64,000 nt of DNA, from assembly GCA_036513895.1 (NCBI GenBank), contig DATBYF010000048.1:754-64753 (forward strand), in the 5' to 3' direction. The notes beneath the pieces are model-generated. The model did no database searches. It worked only from the letters and a program-made list of their open reading frames with translations, and was not told where the DNA came from. The translations under genes and the position numbers were made by a program. This document shows, in pieces, positions 52,438 through 58,975 of this stretch (position 1 is the first letter of the stretch; each line of letters starts with the position of its first letter). This stretch comes from Candidatus Acidiferrales bacterium. Lineage in GTDB: Bacteria > Acidobacteriota > Terriglobia > Acidiferrales > UBA7541.

Positions 52438-52473
52438 GCGGGGCTGCCAAGGCTGGCAGCCCCGCAATTTTTT
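52438..52473 (+). terminator. Rho-independent terminator of sORF 2
   Basis: 12-bp stem gcggggctgcca/tggcagccccgc plus a T6 run. Relative to terminator 1, the T-to-C change in the 5' arm is matched by an A-to-G change in the 3' arm (compensatory). Confidence 0.85.
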
Positions 52474-52545
52474 GTACGCGTGAGATAGTTCATCTCTTAG
52501 AGCGTATCCCCTGATCCTTCTCAGCCTTCGCCGACACTCCGTGAC

Positions 52546-52579
52546 GTTGAAAAAATAAACGAAAGATGAAAACGTCAAC
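52546..52579 (+). promoter_or_regulatory. Upstream dyad GTTGA-N24-TCAAC, module 3 (candidate enhancer/UAS)
   Basis: Same dyad and spacing as module 1, although the flanking sequence has diverged. Confidence 0.45.
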
Positions 52580-52672
52580 ATGTGCTCGATTTTTGTAGGC
52601 GAGTACTACAACCCGGCTGACTTTAAGTCACCTAATTTCAACGGTGTAACGCGGGCCATCTGCAGTTGCGTT

Positions 52673-52688
52673 TGGCACCGGGCGTGCA
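52673..52688 (+). promoter_or_regulatory. Sigma-54 (-24/-12) promoter, module 3
   Basis: TGGCACcgggcGTGCA with canonical GG/GC spacing. Confidence 0.7.
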
Positions 52689-52742
52689 TCCTTTCCAAGC
52701 GTTGCCCACGAGGGCAAACCCACAGCGAGGAGATACACGAAA

Positions 52743-52823
52743 ATGGCAAAAAAGACCCTGAAATCTGGCAAGAAGGCCAACAAAGTTGTAGCGTTGACCG
52801 CCCACGTGCCCGTGAAGCCGTAA
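52743..52823 (+). CDS. Small Lys-rich peptide, 26 aa: MAKKTLKSGKKANKVVALTAHVPVKP (unannotated sORF 3, diverged paralog)
   Basis: It has a GAGGAG SD. Against sORF 1 there are 5 synonymous changes, 6 conservative replacements (T/A, A/G, S/A, I/V, T/A, L/V) and three indels that are all multiples of 3 nt. That pattern indicates selection on the reading frame. Confidence 0.65.
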   Translation: MAKKTLKSGKKANKVVALTAHVPVKP

Positions 52824-52871
52824 TGGCCCGGCTCTGGCTCGCCTCAGGCGAGCGGGGCGACGAACGAAATC

Positions 52872-52909
52872 TGCGGGGTTTGCCGCAAGCGGCAGCCCCG
52901 CATTTTTTT
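52872..52909 (+). terminator. Rho-independent terminator of sORF 3 (also at the 3' end of the convergent M50-HlyD gene)
   Basis: GC-rich stem gcggggtttgccgc/gcggcagccccgc followed by a T8 run. The stop of the minus-strand gene is at 52917. Confidence 0.8.
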
Positions 52910-52916
52910 TGAAGAT

Positions 52917-55058
52917 CTACCAGATTTGCGAATGAACCCAGCGCCACACGCCGGCAGCAGCCTGCCACGCAAATGGACGATGCTTCCCGCTGATTTTTGC
53001 AGTGCCGGTCATTCCCTCGATCAAGCTACCGTCTGTATTCGGGAAAACCATCTCCACTGCAAAGTAATTCATCACTTCCTGGCCGCGTCTTTCCACTTTG
53101 TTCGGTTGTGAAATCGGGCGATCGGCAGCGGCAGCAGGAAGAATTCGCTCGACGCGGCCAGCGGAGGTTCGAAACGGCTGATCGGATACTTTTAGTTTCA
53201 CGGGCGCGCCCACGGCTACTTCCCCGACCTCCCAGTCGTGGACGAGAATTCGAGCCCGCATCTCGGAACGGTCAACCACTCGTACAAATTCATCTCCCTG
53301 GTTAAGGAAATCTCCCTCGTGCGGTTCGATATCGCCCTCGACGACGATTCCATGGATCGGGGATCTGAGCGCCAAGCCAGCGATGTGCGATCGCACGAGG
53401 GAAAGCTCTGAGGACAGTCGCGCGCGCTCATCCTCAGCGCGTGCCGCCTCGCCTCGCGAGGTGTGCTGTTCTGCAATACGGAGCGCTCCCTCTATATTGC
53501 CGAGTTGGCTCGCGAGAGAAGCGGCCCGCGAGTCAAGTTCCGGATTCTTCAGCTCGGCAAGCACATCGCCAGCTCGCACCTCCTGGCCCGAACGGACCAA
53601 GATATTCGCGAGCTGGCCGCCAACGGGCGATCGAATTTCCGCATTCTGTCCTGGCTCCAGAATGAATTCGCTCGAGACCTTACTCGAGAAAGGGGGCACG
53701 AATAGCACGAGCGCGACGACAGCAACGAACACCTGTTGCGCGCGAGTGAGTTTCCATTTCAAGTAAGCCTCCCTGATGCTCCAGTACCATGCGCGAATGC
53801 GCGGGATTTGCTGCTGAACGCGACTTCGGAGGAGAAGAAATAGGGCCAGCGCCGTAGCAAAGTAGCCCCAGTCACCAAGTACGCTGACAAAAATATTATT
53901 CACAAAGATTAAGGCGATCACGAGAACCGCGACGCCGTAAACCATCGCGGTGGTGCCGAACGCCAGAAATATGCGGCGCTGCCTGCGGCTTGCGGCGGGC
54001 AATTCGACTTTGCGACGCAGCAAATACTTCTGCCACCAAGCCTGCGCGAATTCAATTGAATCTTCCCGAAGAGAATCAATCTGAACGAATTGCGCGAGCG
54101 CGTAGTACCCATCAGCCTTAATCAGCGGGTTGAGGTTGACGGCGATACCCGCGATGCCTGTGAAGAGCAAAGTTTTGTAGGCCAAATCATTCACCAGCGA
54201 TCCGGGCAGCGTAAACGCCCAAACCAAGGTGGCGAGCGCGCACAGCAGAAGTTCCACCCAAATTCCCGCGAATATGGTCAATTGCCGCGGCATTGTCGTA
54301 TCGAAAATCAATATGTCGGTGGTGTCCGTGTAAAAAGCCGGCGTGAAGTAAATGAGAATGAAACCCATCTGGGGAACTTCTCCGCCGTAGTGTTTGCAGG
54401 TGAGGCCGTGCGCAAATTCGTGGATGCCACCGACGGCCAGCATGATGATCCAGAAGGCCCAGAGGTCGTACGCGCTTTTGTTTGAGAACGAATACAAGGC
54501 GGCGCTGTCCTGCTGAATGCGGTACCAATCGCCCGCAAGAATGGCCATTGCAGCAATGAACGCGGCGATGCAGAAAATGATAAAGCCGCGCGTGTAAATC
54601 CAGCCCAAGTAGGGGTCAAGCCACGCGAGGGTCTTGTCCGGATTCCATGCCTTGAATTGGATATAGAGCAGGCTAGATTCTGTGCGGCCTTTACGCTCAT
54701 CGCGAATTCGCTCGAGCATGGCGAGATTTTTCTCGCCGACGGTACGGACCCAGAGGTTCGATTCGACCGTATCCAGGAAATCGAGCACGCTCGTCTCGTC
54801 GAGTGAAGAATCGGGATGGCGCGCGTTCATTTCTTCCGCTACTTCAGCTGCTGTTCGCGTTCCATCGCAGAGCGTCAGTAGCTCGTATTCGGTCGGGCCA
54901 TAGCGGTTATATGAGGCAGTATCCGGATCTTTAATGACGAAACTAGCTTTTCCGGCGACCTGCTGCGCGCTGATTTTCAAATCTTCGCGGAGCTTGGGGC
55001 GGTGAAGTCCTTTTGCCAGGACGCTCGAAATCTGCAGGCTGGTTGGCCCGTATCGCAT
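52917..55058 (-). CDS. Polytopic M50 (site-2-protease-like) zinc metalloprotease fused to a C-terminal HlyD/MFP-like domain
   Basis: Track ORF, 713 aa, with HEFAH (HExxH) inside a TM segment and NLNPLIKADGYY (NxxPxxxxDG third-ligand motif). There are several TM helices. The last ~270 aa have a barrel-sandwich/coiled-coil pattern (VGGQLANILVRSGQEVRAGDVLAEL...LRSPIHGIVV). Confidence 0.8.
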   Translation of the reverse strand: MRYGPTSLQISSVLAKGLHRPKLREDLKISAQQVAGKASFVIKDPDTASYNRYGPTEYELLTLCDGTRTAAEVAEEMNARHPDSSLDETSVLDFLDTVESNLWVRTVGEKNLAMLERIRDERKGRTESSLLYIQFKAWNPDKTLAWLDPYLGWIYTRGFIIFCIAAFIAAMAILAGDWYRIQQDSAALYSFSNKSAYDLWAFWIIMLAVGGIHEFAHGLTCKHYGGEVPQMGFILIYFTPAFYTDTTDILIFDTTMPRQLTIFAGIWVELLLCALATLVWAFTLPGSLVNDLAYKTLLFTGIAGIAVNLNPLIKADGYYALAQFVQIDSLREDSIEFAQAWWQKYLLRRKVELPAASRRQRRIFLAFGTTAMVYGVAVLVIALIFVNNIFVSVLGDWGYFATALALFLLLRSRVQQQIPRIRAWYWSIREAYLKWKLTRAQQVFVAVVALVLFVPPFSSKVSSEFILEPGQNAEIRSPVGGQLANILVRSGQEVRAGDVLAELKNPELDSRAASLASQLGNIEGALRIAEQHTSRGEAARAEDERARLSSELSLVRSHIAGLALRSPIHGIVVEGDIEPHEGDFLNQGDEFVRVVDRSEMRARILVHDWEVGEVAVGAPVKLKVSDQPFRTSAGRVERILPAAAADRPISQPNKVERRGQEVMNYFAVEMVFPNTDGSLIEGMTGTAKISGKHRPFAWQAAAGVWRWVHSQIW

Positions 55059-55067
55059 CGGGAGTCC

Positions 55068-55982
55068 TTATGGCTTGGGCGATGCTGCGCCAGGGGGCCA
55101 CGCAACGCGGACGGCCATACCGGGGCTCAGCGCGGAAAGGCCGGAGCCGGTAAGCTGCATGGTCACGTCGTAGCTGTCGCTGGCCGGATCAACCATGGGA
55201 CTTACTTTAACGATTCGCGCCGTATACGAATGATCGGGATTCACGACGGAGAAAACCTGCGTGCTGTTGCCAATCTTGGGCCTTCCTCCCGAAGCTTCGG
55301 GCACTTGAACGTGAACCTCGAGCGGCTCGAGTTGGCTAATTCGGAAGCTCGGATCATCCTTAGCGACGTTCTGTCCCTGGCGCACGTAGCGGCGTACGGC
55401 GATGCCGGAGAACGGTGCCCGAAATTGAGTTTGTTCGACGTCGAACTTCAAACTCTGTATCTGCGCTTCACTACTCTTCACCAGCGCCTTGCAGCTCTCC
55501 GCATCGAACGCCGTCGCCTTTTCTTCGAATTGGGCCTCTTCGAGGTCTGCTTCGCTGCTCAGCCCGGCTTGCCGCAGGAGTTCCTGACGGCGCAGATTCG
55601 CTTCCTTGGCTTGGTGCTCGGCTTGTTTGTACTTCAGATTATTCTGCGCAACTTGTAAATCGGCCTGAGCCTTCTGCAACTCCATCTGGAGTGAGCGGTC
55701 ATCGAGGCGCCCAAGAATTTCGCCGGCCTTCACCTTTTGGCCTTCCTCTACATTGACTTGCTGGACGATCCCTTCGCGTTGCGCGCGAACATCCACTTCA
55801 TGCTCGACAGTGAGCACGCTGAGAATTTTCCCGAGGTTGGGTGCGCCTGAATCTGCGGGGCTCGGGCTTGGAGACGTTACACGCGCTGGCGCGGCAGCAG
55901 AGGGCGTCGCGGCATTCTCGCCGCCGCAGCCCGCCGTACCCAATGCCAAAACGCCAACTAAAGTCCACGTTCTACGTCTCAT
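55068..55982 (-). CDS. HlyD/RND-adaptor-type membrane fusion lipoprotein
   Basis: Track ORF 55068..56009 trimmed to ATG 55982 (MRRRTWTLVGVLALGTAGC lipobox). It has the lipoyl-like motif GIVQQVNVEEGQKVKAGEILGRLDD, a coiled coil, and FRAPFSGIAV. Confidence 0.8.
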   Translation of the reverse strand: MRRRTWTLVGVLALGTAGCGGENAATPSAAAPARVTSPSPSPADSGAPNLGKILSVLTVEHEVDVRAQREGIVQQVNVEEGQKVKAGEILGRLDDRSLQMELQKAQADLQVAQNNLKYKQAEHQAKEANLRRQELLRQAGLSSEADLEEAQFEEKATAFDAESCKALVKSSEAQIQSLKFDVEQTQFRAPFSGIAVRRYVRQGQNVAKDDPSFRISQLEPLEVHVQVPEASGGRPKIGNSTQVFSVVNPDHSYTARIVKVSPMVDPASDSYDVTMQLTGSGLSALSPGMAVRVAWPPGAASPKP

Positions 55983-56021
55983 GATCGCCCCTAAAACAAA
56001 ACTGCACATGGCTCGCTGCGG

Positions 56022-58445
56022 CTACGGCAGCCAGACCCAGATCTTCTCCCACAGCCAGCGAAATGGTGAACGAAAAAGCGCGTACCCGATAGGATACCAG
56101 CCTGTGCCGAACCATCCACCGTTCGCGCGAATGCGAGCACGGCCTGCCATTCCGTCCCGTGCCCGCATGCCGGCATTATCGAATACTGCCCGGATCACAA
56201 AAAATTCTTCGCCTTCGATGGCCTCGGAACGAACCCCCACGCGGTCCACGGTGCCTTTGAATGTTTGGGTAGGGTACGCGTTTAGCTTAAGGGCCACACT
56301 TCTTCCGGCGCGGATAAGATTCAAATCCGTCTCAGGAACATTCATATCAATTGCCATCTGTTGTTGCTGGACGATTTCGCCGAAGGCTTGCCCTTCCGCC
56401 AACATGGCGCCCGTTTTTTCTTCGATCTTGGGGGTCACAACGACGCCGTCAATTGGGGCACGTAACTGCGCATCCGCCACCCGCTGTTCCTCTAGCGTTA
56501 CATCCGCTTCTGCAGCTTCGGCGCGGAGGCGCGCCTGAGATGCAACCGTCAGGTCGCGCCTAAATTCAGCTTCTGCGAAATCGTGCTGCGCGAGGGCAAG
56601 GTCAGATTTCGCGCGCTCAAGCTTGACGCGATCCTCACCGTCATCGAGTTGAGCCAATGTTTGACCGCGCGTGACAACGTCTCCTTCATGCACAAACACG
56701 CGCCTGACAATGCCCCCGGCAACGGCGCTCACTATGCGGCGATCCGCGGGAACAACTGTTGCGTTGGTGCTGACGCGAACCGGCCACGGAACGATCGTAA
56801 GCACCATCGCGGCGAGTGCTGCTTTCCAGCCATACTCAAACCAGCGCGACTGTGCGCCCGCGCCAAAAAACTGCTGCCTTTTTTCCGCCAGAGGCTGGAG
56901 AAATCCAGCCAGAGGCACTTGCTGATAGAGTTGCGCGTTTCGAATTGCCACGGTGGTCTGATTCGCGAGAATTGACACCGTTTCGCGCTGGTTATCACTG
57001 AGAAATTCCGGATCGCCGTTGAGCATGCAGAGGACGCCGACGGTGCCTTGATCGTCGCGCAGCGGGAGCGCGTAGAAGCCGCCGTATCCATGCTCGTCGA
57101 GAAAGCCAGAAGCCACATCGCGCGCAGATTCGGGATCAGTTTCCCAACCTTCCTCGGATTTGTCGGCGCGGACCGCAGCTTCCTGGGTTGAAACCCACTC
57201 CAGAAGTTTCCGCAACGCATCCATCTCATCGGTCTTCGGCACTTCCTCCTCGCCTGACACCGCGCCAAGAACGAACTTATTGCGATCAAAAAATCCGATG
57301 ACGCACTGGTCAAACGTGATGACGGTGCCGGCCTGTTGCGCTACCGTCGTCAAGACATGATCGAGATCGAGCGTCGAGGTGATGGCCTGGCTAATTTTAA
57401 GAAGCGCGTCGAGCTCGTGCAGTTTCCGTTCGGATTCGAGAAGATTGGCGTTATTCAGCGCCACCGCTGCCTGCTCGCTGATGCTCGAAAGAAAGAAAAC
57501 ATCATCTTCGGTGAATGCCGTTCCGTCCTCTTTGTTTATGAGCTCGATTACGCCGATGACCTGCTCCTCTTTACGTAACGGCGCACAAATGATGGTCTGA
57601 ATCTGGAATTCGCCTCCAGCCTTAATGCGCTCAGCGAGTGATTCATCGTCAGCGGGATGTTCAATAAGTTTCGCGTTGCCGCTGCGTGCCGCGTCGGCCA
57701 GATGTCCAGACTCCACCGAGATGGTCGTGCCTTCTTCGACGGTTGGGTCCTCGCCATCTTTCTGAGCGAGTGTCAGCTCATCTCCATTGCCGCTAACCAG
57801 CCATAAGTTGCAGGCCTGGGCGTGAAGAATGTCGCGCATTTTGCCGGCCACGATGGGGGTGAGTTCGCTGAGCTCGACTGTGGAATTAAAAATTCTGCTG
57901 ATGTCGTAGAGAGATGTGAGGCGTTCGATGGTTGTGAGCTGGTTATCACGTTCGACATCAGCTTCAACGAGCAACCCGTCGGCCTGTGAGGCCAGCCTCG
58001 CCGCAGTTTCCAGGAATTCGGCGTCTTCAGCAGTAAATCCGCCCTTTTTGTTCAGAGCTTCGACGACGCCGGCCGTGCCTTCCATTCCGGGAAACGGAAC
58101 GAGCAGCACCGATTGAATCGCTTTGTGCTGAGAAGCGGAAAAGTGGGTGAGGGAATCGGCGTCAATTTCCTTGCCGGAAGCCCGATAGACAGAGGATTGC
58201 TCGAAGGCAGCGGCAAGGACTCCATCCGCAACGCGATCGCTCGCTGGTGCAAGCTTTTCGTCAGGCTGAGCCCATCGCGCCCGGCTCCCAAGCTCGCCAT
58301 CTTCCCCTTCGGCCAACCACAGAAAAACGGCCCGGGCACCAATCGCGGTGCCCACTCGAGCGACAAAGGTTCTGCTCAACGTCGAACGATCTCGGCAGGC
58401 AAAAAGGACGCTCGCGAGCTCAACGAGCGCCGATGAATTCTCCAT
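56022..58445 (-). CDS. Triple-GAF domain protein with one TM helix and a C-terminal HlyD/MFP-like domain
   Basis: Track ORF 56022..58550 trimmed to ATG 58445 (MENSSALVELASV...). It has three GAF-like units, each ending in a ...FTxxDxxFL...A.ALxNAxL type pattern. These are followed by a TM helix (AALAAMVLTIVPWP) and GGIVRRVFVHEGDVVTRGQTLAQLDD...LRAPIDGVVV. Confidence 0.75.
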   Translation of the reverse strand: MENSSALVELASVLFACRDRSTLSRTFVARVGTAIGARAVFLWLAEGEDGELGSRARWAQPDEKLAPASDRVADGVLAAAFEQSSVYRASGKEIDADSLTHFSASQHKAIQSVLLVPFPGMEGTAGVVEALNKKGGFTAEDAEFLETAARLASQADGLLVEADVERDNQLTTIERLTSLYDISRIFNSTVELSELTPIVAGKMRDILHAQACNLWLVSGNGDELTLAQKDGEDPTVEEGTTISVESGHLADAARSGNAKLIEHPADDESLAERIKAGGEFQIQTIICAPLRKEEQVIGVIELINKEDGTAFTEDDVFFLSSISEQAAVALNNANLLESERKLHELDALLKISQAITSTLDLDHVLTTVAQQAGTVITFDQCVIGFFDRNKFVLGAVSGEEEVPKTDEMDALRKLLEWVSTQEAAVRADKSEEGWETDPESARDVASGFLDEHGYGGFYALPLRDDQGTVGVLCMLNGDPEFLSDNQRETVSILANQTTVAIRNAQLYQQVPLAGFLQPLAEKRQQFFGAGAQSRWFEYGWKAALAAMVLTIVPWPVRVSTNATVVPADRRIVSAVAGGIVRRVFVHEGDVVTRGQTLAQLDDGEDRVKLERAKSDLALAQHDFAEAEFRRDLTVASQARLRAEAAEADVTLEEQRVADAQLRAPIDGVVVTPKIEEKTGAMLAEGQAFGEIVQQQQMAIDMNVPETDLNLIRAGRSVALKLNAYPTQTFKGTVDRVGVRSEAIEGEEFFVIRAVFDNAGMRARDGMAGRARIRANGGWFGTGWYPIGYALFRSPFRWLWEKIWVWLP

Positions 58446-58629
58446 GGCCTTCCCTGGCTGGAATTCTGAAACACCCGTACCGGCTGCTTGAGTGACGGGC
58501 GAATGCCCGCGGGGTGCGAAACGCGGGCAGCCTAACAAATGCGGATGCAAGCGTCAATACGGCCCCTTGGTGTCTCAGGGCTTGATTGCACTGCACTTTT
58601 CAGCTAGTTTGACTGGGCGCGAGGCGCAG

Positions 58630-58965
58630 ATGGAAATTCTGATACGCAAGGCAGGCACCGCCACGATTCTCGATCTGAACGGACCACTTCGACTGGGTGA
58701 TTCGGAGCAGGCGTTCAAGGAGCAAATCCAGAAGTTGGTGGATGCCGGGACGCCTCACATCGCGGTGAATCTATCCGGCGTGACCGAACTCGATAGCTCA
58801 GGTATCGGAGCGCTTGTTCGATCGTTCACCACCGTCAAGCGGGCTGGCGGCAAATGCATCTACTATGCCCCAACACAGCGCATAAAAATGCTTCTCAAGA
58901 TGGTCAGGCTCGATAGCGTGCTCGATATTGTGGATGACGAGGCCGGCGCTCTCGCCCGCGTGTGA
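58630..58965 (+). CDS. STAS-domain protein (anti-sigma-factor antagonist, SpoIIAA-like)
   Basis: Track ORF 58492..58965 trimmed to ATG 58630, giving 111 aa. It reads ...ATILDLNGPLRLGDSEQAFKEQIQKLVDAG...NLSGVTELDSSGIGALV... with the conserved DSSG Ser site. Confidence 0.8.
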   Translation: MEILIRKAGTATILDLNGPLRLGDSEQAFKEQIQKLVDAGTPHIAVNLSGVTELDSSGIGALVRSFTTVKRAGGKCIYYAPTQRIKMLLKMVRLDSVLDIVDDEAGALARV

Positions 58966-58975
58966 CTCGCCCGCT

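Larger units (their letters stand above)
52225..52473 (+). repeat. ~250-bp direct repeat, copy B (promoter-sORF-terminator unit 2)
   Basis: See copy A. Confidence 0.85.

Noticed and set aside
50814-52968. Long track ORFs across the repeat modules (50897..51172 +, 52107..52514 +, 52580..52912 +, 50814..51179 -, 50873..51409 -, 51691..52581 -, 52200..52493 -, 52606..52968 -)
   Set aside because: They run through promoters, hairpins and terminators and lack SD sequences. Their mutual similarity is just the DNA repeat read in non-selected frames. Between modules 1 and 3 the substitutions and indels preserve only the 26-27 codon frame.
58446-58629. Search for a fourth sigma-54 promoter driving the GAF-HlyD/M50 operon or the STAS gene
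   Set aside because: No TGGCAC-N5-TTGC-like element with correct spacing was found on either strand. There is only a weak sigma-70-like TTGACG-N17-TAGGCT on the minus strand (58529-58557). So direct co-regulation with the peptides is not supported by sequence.
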